Positions 49,807 to 62,031 of a DNA stretch of 64,000 nt are shown here, one piece after another. The stretch comes from Leucoraja erinacea (taxonomy: Eukaryota). The first letter of the stretch is position 1. Every line of letters starts with the position of its first letter. The translations under genes were made by a program, and so were the position numbers. Location: NCBI RefSeq assembly GCF_028641065.1, contig NC_073381.1:69006001-69070000 (forward strand), given 5' to 3'. The notes under the pieces are model-generated. The model saw nothing but the letters and a program-made list of their open reading frames with translations. It ran no database searches and was not told the origin of the DNA.

Positions 49807-50015
49807 GAAGATAGACAAAAAATGCTGGAGTAATTCAGCTGATAGGCAGCATCTTTGGAGAAAAGGAATAGGTGACGTTTCGGGTCGAGACCCTTCTTCA
49901 GACCGGGTTGTTTCTCGAATCAAACTGTCACCCATTCCTTTTCTCCAGAGATGCTTCCTGACACGCTGACTTACTCCAGCATTTTGCATCTATCTTCGGT
50001 GTAAACCAACATCCA
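49807..50015. mobile_element. PLE fold-back repeat
   Basis: gaagatagacaaaaaatgctggagtaa is mirrored by ttactccagcattttgcatctatcttc. Confidence 0.85.
49871..49904 (-). ncRNA. Minimal type I hammerhead ribozyme motif (best-preserved copy)
   Basis: RNA reads GGU CUGAAGA A GGGU-CUCG-ACCC GAAA CG UC ACC. It has the CUGANGA and GAAA boxes, stem II, a 3-bp stem I (GGU/ACC), palindromic ACGU in place of stem III, and a GUC triplet. Confidence 0.72.
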
Positions 50016-51424
50016 TAAATGTAAAATTGCCGATTTAGAGACTCTAATATTCAAGATATCATTTCACCAGTTCAGTCACATTATTCGCGAATCATCATAT
50101 TTTATTGGCATCTTCAAATAATTTCTATATCTTCAATATAACTTAAGCACTACATGCTCCTCACATAAAGTTCTCAATCTCATAGATGCTGACTGACCAC
50201 AGTGTTTAAATTACAGAGTTGCACTGCATTCTATGCACTTTTATTAATACAGCAGATGTATATCCAGATATAAAACACTTTTGTATTGAAAAATCTTAGC
50301 ATTTTTTGAGTGAATATACAGTATATATAAGCAAGGTTAAGTCAATTAAATTTTCGTTCAATTATTTGGTTAGGATATTATATTTTAAGTTCATTTATTA
50401 TGTCATTGGATTTTATCTTTAAAATAAGATATTTTTATGGATGTGAACATGGTAGCAAATTGAAATTTGATCTACTTTTTCTGGAGAATGTCTTTTAGCC
50501 TTAGGCAGGCAGGGTCTGATTCAATATCCTGACATCACAAAACACAGCGATCAAAAAAAAATCCTTAGCCCTCTCCACCACTGGAAGTGTAACCTAGCAG
50601 ATGCTGGTAATACCTGCTCCCGATGCCACTTGGAGGCGTGTGGGCAGCAATTTAAATCTGATGTGGATGTGGAAAAACATGTTATATCCAAGGCACCCTG
50701 CACACCGAAGGCTGTGGAGGCCAAGTCAATAGATCTTTTTTAAGGTGGAGATTGATAGATTGTTGATTAGTATGGGTGTCAGGGAGGAGGCAGGAGAATG
50801 GGGTTGAGAGGGAAAGATGGATCTGCCACGTTTGAATGGTGTAGACTTGATGGGTCGAATGTCCTAATTCTGCTCATATGAAATCATACAAGCTTGTATA
50901 TGCACCCTCAAACAAAGTTTTAGTTGATGGGATTGTTAGTTATTTCACCCCACACAATTGTGATAGCACTTTGTCCTCTTTGGATAAAGGGGACAGTACA
51001 AAACAGCACAGGAATAGGCCCTGTGATCCACCATGTCTGTGCCGAACATGATGCCAAGTTAAAATAATCTCTGCCAGCATGTGATCCATATCCCTCCATT
51101 TCCTGCATATCCATGTGCCTAACTAAACAATAATAAAGGATAAACATTGTCTAACTTTTGGGCCTCTAGTCTGAATCCATTTGTCAACTGATTTAAGGTT
51201 CTTGGGCTCATCCTTGCCTACAGATTACTGGGAATCCAGGGCAAAATGTGTTCCTGGTGAAGAAAACCCTTCCTCTGTTCTGCCTTACTCTCTGATGACT
51301 TGGCCCACCTTCAAGGAGGGTTGATCTCTATCCTGCAACAGATGCACAGACGTAGACATAAGCATTTTGGTGTGGGGGAATTCTCTCTTCATTTTATAAT
51401 GTTCTTGCATAGATAAAATTCAAA

Positions 51425-51808
51425 TATAAAATTCTGAAAGGATTGGACAGGCTAGATGCAGGAAAAATGTTCCTGATGTTGGTGGAGTCATGTACCAAGG
51501 GTTACAGTTTAAGAATAAGGGGTAGGGCATTTAGGACTGAGGCAAGTACAAATGTTTTCACCCAGAGAGTTGTGAATCTGTGGAATTCTCTGCCACAGAA
51601 GGCAGTGGAGGCCAATTCACTGGATATTTTCAAGAGAGAGTTAGATTTAGCTCTTAGGGCTAAAGGAATCAAGGGATATGGGGAAAAAGCAGGAACGGTG
51701 CGCTGATTTTAGAGGAACACCCATGATCATATTGAATGGTGGTGCTGACTCGAAGGGCGAATGGCCTACTCCTGAACCTATTTTGCTATGTTTTTTTCTA
51801 TGTTTCTA
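51425..51808 (+). mobile_element. CR1 3' fragment
   Basis: DRLDAGKMF...FTQRVVNLWNSLPQKAVEA, with a ctatgttt tail. Confidence 0.9.
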
Positions 51809-52145
51809 TAATTGGTTAAATTTGGTAGACACCTCACGCAACAGAAACAGCTAGGGCTAAACACAAAAAAATCTACCAGGTTGTTATGGTAGTGTGTTTG
51901 AAATTAGTATTGCTGACACCTGATAGGGGTTGGGTGGTGGGTCAGTTTGCTGTTTCGCTAATTTTGAGTAGATGCCTTCTAAATTCTATTGAATATCTTC
52001 GATTTATGTTTTAAACCTGTGAGGTATAGCCTGCAAATTATGCTGGTTGGTGAGGAAGAGCTCTGTCTAGAAATTGGATACAGGTAGATTTTTATGCTCA
52101 CAGCTAATAGGAAATGTACCTCTGGGAGATTGTACTAGCGATCAC

Positions 52146-52757
52146 TTAGTTTAGAAATACAGCGCAGAAATAGGTCTTTCGCCCATCGAGTCCGCGCCGA
52201 CCAGCGATCCCGCACATTAACATTATCCTACACACACTAGGGACAATTTTAACATGTTTACCAAGCCAATTAACCTACAAACCTTTACGTTTTTGGAGTG
52301 TGGGAGGAAACCAAGGTTCTCGAAGAAAACTCACGCAGGTCATGGGGAGAATGTACAAAGGAATGTACAGACAGCACCTGCAGCCAGGATCAAACTGGAC
52401 CCCTGGTGCTGTAAGCGCTGTAAAAACCCTGTCCCACTGTACGAGTTCATTCAAGAGCTCTCCTGAGTTAAAAAAAATAATCAAACTCATGGAAGCACGT
52501 AGAATGTATGTAGCGGGTACGTCGGAGCTCGGAGACGCCTCTTAGTGGCTCATAACGCTAACGGCAGGTACTCGGGAAACGCGGTAAGCTCGGGAAGGCT
52601 GGTGAAGATTTTTCAACATTTTGAAGAGCCCCGAGTACCTACGAGCGGCCATTACCGCTCGTTCGAGTTCGAATCAGGGCAAACTCGGGAGAATGAACTC
52701 GTACGGTGGGACAGGGCTTTTAGGCAGTAATTCTACCACTGTGCTACTGTGCTGCCC
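52146..52757 (-). mobile_element. HE1-type V-SINE split by a MITE
   Basis: gcgctgtaa|insert|ggcagtaattctaccactg restores the SINE head. Confidence 0.88.
52424..52719. mobile_element. PIF/Harbinger-like MITE (296 bp)
   Basis: 29-bp TIRs AA(A/G)CCCTGTCCCAC(T/C)GTACGAGTTCATTC, flanked by TAA and TTA at the SINE's TAA site. Confidence 0.88.
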
Positions 52758-52861
52758 ACCGTGCCACCTTTTTAGTGAATTTGCACTCATCTGGTAATTG
52801 TCTGAGGGAGCCTTGTGTGCTATTCACCATAGCATGGCTGACATTTCCCAGCATTGTTTCA

Positions 52862-53460
52862 ATGGTCAAAGGTACTTTATTGTCACATATGCCTGGGTAC
52901 AGTGAAATTCCTTTTCGGCATACACTCAGTAAACAACTTACACAATCATAGACACAATCATACTGATGTGCATGAGGGTAAGTATAGTACATCACACTGA
53001 TCCAGTGCCCAAGAGTCGCCACGTTGCAGGCACCATCTTGTATCCTTCAAGTTCAAAGTGAAATTCCATTTTTGCATGCACTCAGTAAAAATCTTACTAT
53101 ACTGTACTATACATAGGCACAATCATACTTGTGTGCGAGGGTAAATATAGTACATTTCACTGAAGCAATACACAAGAGTCACCACGCTCCTGTTGCCAGC
53201 TTGTATCCTTCAAGTACAAAGATGTTTAAAAAATGTCTTAACTTGGCCATCAAGGCCTGTTGGCCTGGCAGCAGCACTGGGTGGAAGTTGCAGGGGTCAG
53301 CCTGGCCGGGTGATGTTGTCGATGTCCTCCACCGATGCTCTGTGCTGCTGCAGGCCATGTCCATTCGGCCTCTTGGAGTGGTACCCCATCTAATCGAGCC
53401 CCAGGATGCCTCCAATGGCTCACTCCACCAACACATCGGTCCGAACCTGTCGTTTCCACA
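52862..53460 (-). mobile_element. Element with Rex-type tail, ~160-bp tandem duplication (52902-53057 / 53058-53220) and GC-rich body
   Basis: ctttattgtcacatatgcctgggtacagtgaaattcc tail. Both units run gtgaaattcc...cttgtatccttcaagt(t/a)caaa. Confidence 0.6.
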
Positions 53461-54519
53461 TCAAACAATATTGCAGGTTAAGGTGAAGGACTTTAAGCCA
53501 TTTCGCAACATGAAAGTAACTGTGCAATCACGTTGTGATTAATCCATGCCAAGGGACTGATGAATGGAGTTGAAATGTTTCATCAGCATTGCCTTGGATT
53601 AAAACCCAGTCATTCAGGAAAATACCGAGTGTTCTTTTTGTTAATCCTTTTCCTTTGATAAAATAAAAGAAGTCCTTCGCTCTGGAAAACATTGCAGCAG
53701 TAGTCTGATGTTTCAAGTGGCACACAGGCACACACACACACAACCCCACCTTCCTTCCCCAGACATGCATCGGAGGAGAAAATAATCCTGTTAATATTTA
53801 CTGTGATCAACTATGAACAAGATCATTTTCAATTTCCTGGACCATGGTGATGATATTTATTACTAGATTACAGCTCAGAATGATTGTTGAAGTATTAGGT
53901 ATCAATTATTCCAAATAATACTCCATTTACAGTGACATACATTGGTGAGACGACAATTCAACACTGTGATATGTGCATAATTTAAAATGATCCCATGCTC
54001 GAATGGATTTGTAACAACCACGTATAGTCTGTTGGTTTATTGAATTTACTTTGGAATTAATCATGAAAGTGCAAGTTATATAATTTCTCTTCAGTGAAGC
54101 AACCTTCACTCTGCGATCTGTCCTCTGAGTTTAACTAACGACACAAAGTGGAAGGAAGTGGGAGAGTGGGAGAATAAGGGAACAAGAGAACATGGGGACA
54201 GCTGCAAAATCAAGGGCCTGTCATTTAAAGGACATTAGGACATGAGTAGAATTAGGCCATTCAGCCCATCAAGTCTACTCCACCTTTCAATCATGGTTGA
54301 TCTATCTCCCCCTCCGAACCTCATTCTCCTACCTTTTCCTCATAACCTCTTTTAATATTCAAGCCATGTGCACAGAAGTTTCTTCTTGCAGAGGGGAGAA
54401 TCTCTGGCATTCTCTGACCTTGAGGGTGTTGGAGTCCAGGTCATTAGATATATTTAAGGTGGAGATAGTTAAATATTTGAAAGACCAAGTAATTGAGGGT
54501 TATAGGAATCCGGCATTTA

Positions 54520-54820
54520 GGGCGGCACGGTGGTGCGGCAGTAGATTTGATGCCCGACAACACCAGAGACCCAGGTTCGATCTTGAGTATGGGCGCTGTC
54601 TGTGCGGAGTTTGTGCATTCTCCCCGTGACAACATGGGTTTTCTCTTTTCTCCTCCCACTCTCCAAAGACGTACAGGTTTGTAGGTTATTCGGCTTCGGT
54701 AAAGATTGTAAATTGTCTCGGGTGTGCAGGTTAAAGTTAGTGTACGGGGTGATCGCTGGTTGGCACAGACTCGGTGGGCCGAAGGGTCTATTTCCACACT
54801 GTGTCTCTAAACTAAACTAA
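54520..54820 (+). mobile_element. HE1-type V-SINE, full length, inside a degenerate CR1 tail (~54385-54930)
   Basis: gggcggcacggtgg, ggttcgatc, V-domain, and gggccgaagggtctatttcc...ctaaactaaactaa. Confidence 0.92.
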
Positions 54821-56234
54821 AGTAAAGAATTAAAGTAAAGAGGCCAGCATTGATCAGCCACGATCATATCGAATGCTGGGACTGGTTTGAGAGGCCTGGA
54901 GGCTGACTCTTGATCCTATTTTCTTATGTTTGTGTATTCTTGTGAAATCATTGTATTGCAATGTGTCACATTCGAAGGACTGCTGCTCAAAGAGGAAGCT
55001 GTTTGTTTATTAAGAGAATAATGCGGGTGATTATGCAGCAACATACTCATTTTGTTGCCACTTGGCTGACAGGAAAACTGAACAGCACTGCCAAAAATAC
55101 CCATCTTTATGTTTGGGTATTACAAAACGGGGAAGGAAGGCAAAGTTCATTTGGTATTGCTGTCCTCTGGTGGAACCTGCTGCAGGTGCGTTATGAAATG
55201 ATTTATATTCATGCCTGGACAAAAGATAATCAACCTAAAGTCAGAGTCACCCTCGAGAAAGTGGCACAGTGCAGTAGAAGTGAGCGTGAGCTGTTGCAAA
55301 GCAACAGAGTTACCAGGACAGTCTTCAGTCATTCATCTTCTTTTGCCAAGGTACATATGTTATTGAGTTAAATAGAGTGCGCTTCTCTCAGGGGAGTGAA
55401 GATATGGTTGGTAGGCATTGCAAACATAACGTGAGATTAGTGTCTGTTGGAGAACCTGCCAACGTTTCTGCTGTGAACAGCAGCCAAGTCCATTTCATTG
55501 TTTACAGTCACCACTGAAACCTACTTCAGTGGACAAGCATGAATCCAGTTCAGATTTCTGCTTATATTAAACACACACATGAGGCTGCCTATATTTACTA
55601 CTATGCCGAAACTTTCATATAGTCTTGTTTCTAATGTAATAAAATATAACAATAGAAATCATGCTTCCTCTTGAATTTTAAAATGTATTTTAGTATAATT
55701 TTACTCAATGTGTAAAAGATGATGAATGAGAGGTTCTTATGCTAAACTATTAAATTGTTTAGGTTTAGGATTAGAACGTGGATACAGGCCCTTCAGCCCA
55801 TTAAGTCCGCGTTGACCAAAGATTGCCTATACTAGTTCTAGCCACACTAGGGATTATCTACAGACGCTAATTAAAGAGGCAAGGACTGTCCCAACATTTA
55901 AGAAACAGTTAGACAGGTACATGAATAGGACAGGTTTGGAGGGATGTAGACCAAACGTGGGCAGGTGGAACTAGTGTAACTGGGACATGCAAGGTAGGCT
56001 GAAGGGCCTTTCACATTACAGTATAATCACTCTATGACTCTATGACTGTGACTATAACTTGACACAATATCTTCTAACAAGGTCTCAGTTTTAACCAGGT
56101 GACTCAGCTGAGAAGTATCTTCAAGCATTTGTACCGCATGAAAGCACTAAATATCTGCAAGGTTTTCCCAAAAATAAAGTTAATTGCAAGGATGTAACAA
56201 AAAATCTTTGACTCAGATTTTCAGTTCTGGTGAT

Positions 56235-56555
56235 CTGTCCATCAGAGCTGCCTTGGCTGGCCCACTGTCTCTGCCTCCTTCTGCCCCACTGAACTCATAT
56301 TCACATGCCTTGATTCCATCCAAATCCCCCTTTGTCCAGTCCCTTCTCACCTACATCTGAGCCACCTCACCTGCCCTTCTACTCTTTAATAACTTCCAAT
56401 TTCTCGGTCCCCATTGATTTTGAGTCTGAAGAAGGATCCTGACCCGAAACGTCACCTATCCATGTTCTCCAGAAATACTGCCTGACCTTCTGAGTTACTC
56501 CCGCACTTTGTGCCCCATTGTGTAAATCAGCATCAGCAGTTCCTTCTTTCTACAG
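56235..56555 (+). mobile_element. PLE 3' region plus terminal repeat
   Basis: Pyrimidine-rich leader, hammerhead motif, then gagttactcccgcactttgtg...gcagttccttctttctaca. Confidence 0.75.
56424..56455 (+). ncRNA. Minimal hammerhead ribozyme motif
   Basis: GU CUGAAGA A GGAUCCUGACCC GAAA CG UC AC. The core is intact, with one stem-II mismatch. Confidence 0.6.
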
Positions 56556-56704
56556 ACCAAGATTTATGCTCTGTTTCTTGTTAGAATATATTAAATGGAA
56601 AGGATGATGCAAAAATAACAATCTGAGAGATCATAGCTCAAAAGGAGCCACTATATTTGGACTGAACAGCTGATAATATCTTGATTTGGTCATGAACTAC
56701 ATTG

Positions 56705-58609
56705 CATGGATGAACTACAACAAGTGTTCATCCCAGTTTGGCAAAAGAATAAATCAGGGAAGGCAATGCACCCGTGGATAACAAGGGAAATCGGGGATAG
56801 TATCAAAACAAAAGAGGAAGCCTACAAATTAGCCAGAACAAGCAGCCTACCAGAGGACTGGGAGAAATTCAGAGTCCAGCAGAGGAGGACAAAAGGCTTA
56901 ATTAGGAAAGGGAAAATAGATTATGAAAGAAAACTGGCAGGGAACATAAAAACAGACTGCAAAAGTTTTTATAGATATGTCAAGATGAAAAGATTAGTTA
57001 AAACAAATGTAGGTCCCTTGCAGTCAGAAACAGGTGAATTGTTCATGGAGAACAAGGACATGGCAGACCAATTGAATAATTACTTTGGTTCTGTCTTCAC
57101 TAAGGAAGACATAAATAATCTGCCGGAAATAGCAAGGGACCGGGGGTTAAATGAGATGGAGGAACTGAGTGAAATCCAGGTTAGCCGGGGAAGTGGTGTT
57201 AGGTAAATTGAATGGATTAAAGGCCGATAAATCCCCAGGGCCGGATAAGTTGCATCCCAGAGTACTTAAGGAAGTAGCCGCAGAAATAGTGGATGCATTA
57301 GTGGTAATTTTTCAAAACTCTTTAGATTCTGGAGTAGTTCCTGAGGATTGGAGGGTAGCTAATGTAACCCCACTTTTTAAAAAGGGAGGGAGAGAGAAAA
57401 TGGGGAATTACAGACCAGTTAGTCTAACATCGGTGGTGGGGAAAATTCTGGAGTCAGTTATTAAAGATGGGATAGCAGCACATTTGGAAAGTGGTGAGTT
57501 AATTGGACAAAGTCAGTATGGATTTATGAAAGGTAAATCATGTCTGACGAATCTTATAGAATTTTTCGAGGATGTAACTAGTAGAGTGGATAAGGGAGAA
57601 CCAGTGGATGTGTTATATCTGGACTTTCAGAAGGCTTTCGACAAGGTCCCACATAAGAGATTAACATACAAACTTAAAGTACATGGTATTGGGGGTTCAG
57701 TATTGATGTGGATAGAGAACTGGCTGGCAGACAGGAAGCAAAGAGTAGGAGTAAACGGGTCCTTTTCAGAATGGCAGGCAGTGACTAGTGGGGTACCGCA
57801 AGGCTCAGTGCTGGGACCCCAGCTATTTACAATATATATTAATGATCTGGATGAGGGAATTGAATGCAACATCTCCAAGTTTGCAGATGACACAAAGCTG
57901 GGGGGCAGTGTTAGCTGTGAGGAGGATGCTAGGAGGCTGCAAGGTGACTTAGATAGGTTGGGTGAGTGGGTGAGTGGGCAAAGGCATGGCAGATACAGTA
58001 TAATGTGGATAAATATGAGGTTATCCACTTTGGTGGCAAAAACAGGAAAGCAGACTATTACAGACAGTTTTGGTCTCCTAATCTGAGGAAAGATATTCTT
58101 GCCATAGAGGGAGTACAGAGAAGGTTCACCAGACTGATTCCTGGGATGGCAGGAATTTCATATGAAGAAAGACTGGATAGACTTGGCTTGTACACGCTAG
58201 AATTTAGAAGACTGAGGGGGGATCTTATAGAAACTTACAAAATTCTTAAGGGGTTGGAGAGGCTAGATGCAGGAAGATTGTTCCCGATGTTGGGGAAGTC
58301 CAGAACTAGGGGTTCACAGTTTAAGGATAAGAGGGAAGACTTTTAGGACCGAGATGAGGAAATCATTTTTTACACAGAGAGTGGTGAATCTGTGGAATTC
58401 TCTGCCACAGAAGGTAGTTGAGGCCAGTTCATTTGCTATATTTAAGAGGGAGTTAGATGTGGCCCTTGTGGCTAAAGGGATCAGGGGTTATGGAGAGAAG
58501 GCAGGGATGGAATACTGAGTTGGATGATCAGCCATGATCATATCAAATGGCGATGCAGGCTCGAAGGGCCGAATGGCCTACTCCTGCACCTATTTTCTAT
58601 GTTTCTATG
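56705..58609 (+). mobile_element. CR1 LINE, 5'-truncated, with frameshifts and an internal deletion near 58060
   Basis: ORFs 56706..57206, 57169..58086, 57966..58346 and 58267..58518 give [34 protein letters not shown] and FFTQRVV. Same subfamily as 18000-20177. Confidence 0.96.
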
Positions 58610-59257
58610 AGTGAAAGTTCACTTCTTTAAGAGTAATTAAAGGGTCTCTCAACTTGGGCTATTCTCAGAGGTCTCAGTAGTAGAGCTCACCTCAAAAGCT
58701 CGAAGGTGGACAAATATGAGATTATAAAACTGATGCTCCTCTACCAGATGAAAACAGAGTTCTGGAGATGTCCTCAATCTCCTGACAAGTTTAGAGTAAA
58801 CATCTCTGTCCCAGGTGCTCCATTCCCCCTATCATTCCTCAATGGAAATTTCTACAGAGCAATAAATCAACCAAATATTAAAGGAAAATTATCTTAACTA
58901 TTTTGTATAAATATTGAGTGGGGATTTGTCTGACAGGATAGTGGCAGTACACTCAATAATTTACTTTAAGGTCCTGGTTTAATATTTGAAAGAAAGGAAG
59001 GTTGTTAGGAAATAACATGCAAAGGAAATTGATTAGTAGTTCATTCAAAACATTGGCAAAGGCACAATGGACCGAATGGCCACTCCTTAAATATTTCCCT
59101 TCAAGTTTGTGCCATTAACTTCTTGATGAAACTCACATTTCACCGTACCTCTGTACACGTGACGATAAAGGACCATTGAACCATAGTGTCACCAGTTTAA
59201 ATGGTGCTTTGAATGAATGGAGGCATTAAAAAGCTATGATAATACAATGAGAAAATA

Positions 59258-59345
59258 TAGTAAACCCTCTTTATAACACACCATAGAGGGGGGAATGACG
59301 TCCTTTATTGCTGATTGTCCGCTATAACTGAGTAAAGGATTACCG
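59258..59345. mobile_element. Short Tc1/mariner (pogo/Tigger-like) MITE candidate
   Basis: TA|tagtaaaccct...ttataac...ctataac...aggattaccg|TA, with imperfect TIRs and TA flanks. Confidence 0.45.
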
Positions 59346-59374
59346 TATAATATAGTGTCATTGTATAAGTAATA

Positions 59375-59695
59375 GAAACAAAGAACCTCAGATGCAGCCA
59401 GAGAATGTAGCCAGAGAACCCAGAGATAGATAAATTCTTGATTAGTACAGGTGTCAGAGGTTATGGGAAGGCAGGTGAATGAGGTTAGGATGGAGAGATA
59501 GATCAGTCATGATTGAATGGCGGAGTTGACTTGATGGGCCGAAAGGCCTAATTCTACTCTTATTCTTTATGACCTCATGACCTTATATTGTTAATACACA
59601 ATAGGTCACAAAGTGCTGGAGTAACTCAGCAGGTCAGGTCGCATTTGTGGAGAACATGGATAGGTGACGTTTCGGGTCAAGATTGTTCAGATTGT
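59375..59695 (-). mobile_element. PLE terminal repeat interrupted by a CR1 tail (~59420-59585, +)
   Basis: gaaacaaagaacctcagatgc...cacaaagtgctggagtaactcagcagg...ggtgacgtttcgggtcaaga. Confidence 0.7.
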
Positions 59696-59793
59696 CAGTC
59701 TGGAACTGGGCTTGGAATTGAGTAGAGGCGAGGATCGGCAGTTTTATCATCATTGGTCATGGCCTGCCGGCAGCTGGAGTGCTGGCAAAGGTG

Positions 59794-60418
59794 GTTCATA
59801 GCAAAAGCCTTTGAGTATAGGAGCAGGGAGGTTCTACTGCAGTTGTACAGGGTCTTGGTGAGACCACACCTGGAGCATTGCGTACAGTTTCAATTTCCAA
59901 ATCTGAGGAAGGACATTCTTGCCATAGAGGGAGTACAGAGAAGGTTCACCAGACTGATTCCTGGGATGTCAGGACTGTCTTATGAAGAAAGACTGGATAG
60001 ACTTGGTTTATACTCTCTAGAATTTAGAGACTGAGAGGGGATCTTATAGAAACTTACAAAATTCTTAAGGGGTTGGACAGGCTAGATGCAGGAAGATTGC
60101 TCCCGATGTTGGGGAAGTCCAGGACAAGGGGTCACAACTTAAGGATAAGGGGGAAATCCTTTAAAACTGAGATGAGAAGAACCTTTTTCACACAGAGAGT
60201 GTACCCTCTCTGCCACAGAGGGTAGTCGAGGCCAGTTCATTGGCTATATTTAAGAGGGAGTTAGATGTGGCCAAGGGGATCAGAGGGTATGGAGAGAAGG
60301 CAGGTACGGGATACTGAGTTGGATGATCAGCTATGATCATATTGAATGGCGGTGCAGGCTCAAAGGGGCCGAATGGCCTACTCCTGCACCTAATTTCTAT
60401 GTTTCTATGTTTCTATGT
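59794..60418 (+). mobile_element. Young CR1 3' fragment
   Basis: FIAKAFEYRSREVLLQLYRVLVRPHLE, with a (tttctatg)n tail. Confidence 0.93.
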
Positions 60419-61634
60419 TGTGGCGGAGGCAGCAAGCATGGCCGGGAAGCAGCTGAGGAAGCTGTGTGGGTGACAATGGAGGCAGTAAGTCCCGCCTGGA
60501 AGCAGCTGGGGGTAGAGTTGCAGGCCGGGGGTTGGCGTCAGCAGCCTGGCCTGGTGGTGAAGAGTGGTAGGACCATCCTCCATAAAGAAAATTCATTGTA
60601 AAGAGGTCCATAATAATGAGAATTTACTGCATTACAATTGGCAGTACTTGTCAGGAATTATTCATATTTGTGTCATCATTTTTAGAAGATAACACGATTA
60701 ATGTTCTCTTGCTTAAGGATAGTTGACCAAGTTTTATAGTCACACAAAGAAGTTTACGTGACGTCTTCCCTGCCCTTCTTTTTGGATTCAGTGAAAGATG
60801 AAATTATATTTTGACTGATTTGACTGCACTGATTTTGAAAAAATTCAGTGAATAATATTCGCAGGTGGTTGGAAAATTACCAAAAGTGTGTGCAGGGTTG
60901 GTGGATGGACAGGGTGGAGGGAATCTTCAGTACTTAAAATAGATCGCTGATGAGCAAAATGGAAAGATTTATAGGAATTGAACTATTTAAAGGCAAGCGG
61001 CCCGGTATAGGGGCAAATGCCTTAACTTATTCGAGTTTATCATTTAATGGCAGTGTGGACAAAAAATGTAACTGGAAATTAACTTTTTCTACTGAAGTAT
61101 AATATACAAAAGGAACCAAAATGTACAGACAAATGATGTGCTGCAGCATTTGAACCTCAGCGTGGTATCAGTTCTCATTATGAAGTCCTGATCTTATCAT
61201 ATTTCTTCCTGAACTCTTTTATCACTGTTATAGTGATACTTTCTTAATTTAATTCACCATAGTATGATTGTTGATTTTATCATGGTTACCAATTGGGTGC
61301 TGAACACACAGGAGGCAATACACAAATTCTATTTATTTTCCTGATCTTTGAAATTATTTTGTTGCGTGTGATGGTGCTTCCCATTGAGTAAGAAAAATAG
61401 ACCAAGGATCCACCAATTTCAGTGGCCATGGATTGCCTTTTACTATCAGGTGCCAGTTCAAGGAGATTCCTGCTGTTCAGTACCAATGGACGCATCAAAA
61501 CGGCTGAGCAACATTCACTTCAAAGAACACCTCAGGCAACACACATAATTTATGGCAGTGAGCAAGGCCATTGGGTTCCTAGTCTTCAAATAACTGAAGC
61601 TACTTGGCTTCCTCCTGCATTCCTTGTGGAATGT

Positions 61635-61822
61635 GATGTTAACTGTCTCAACTACCTTCTCCAGCAGCTAATTCCATACAGTCACCATTTTTTGTGTAAA
61701 AAAGTTACCCCTCTGGTTCCTATTAAATCTTTCCCCTTTCACCTTAAACGTATGTCCTCAGGTACTCGATACCCTACTCTGGGCAAAGAGTCCCCTGGTT
61801 CTCGATTCCCCTACCTCTGGAT
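61635..61822 (-). mobile_element. CR1 fragment
   Basis: ttccatacagtcaccattttttgtgtaaaaaagttacccc...cctattaaatct. Confidence 0.75.
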
Positions 61823-62031
61823 TGTGGCTCTGAATTGCTCATCTAGATATTATTTCAGGTAAACTGAAAGTTGCTGCCTTCACCAGCCTTTCAAGCAATG
61901 AACACAATGCAACTGTCATTTGTTGAATGTTTTGTTGTTTTTTATTGGTATGACTGTACAGCAAATCAAATTCCTCGTATGTTGCAAAACATACTTGGCT
62001 AATAAAGTAATTATGATGATTATGATTATGA

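Noticed and set aside
54961-55371. 136-aa ORF
   Set aside because: No recognisable motif or splice support; consistent with a chance ORF.
57627-58028. Conserved antisense ORF (also 18495..18899)
   Set aside because: Antisense shadow of the CR1 RT, repeated only because the CR1 copies are similar.
58040-58070. CR1 deletion breakpoint near the site where the LTR sits in the sister copy
   Set aside because: Two events only, with no shared LTR sequence; coincidence cannot be excluded.
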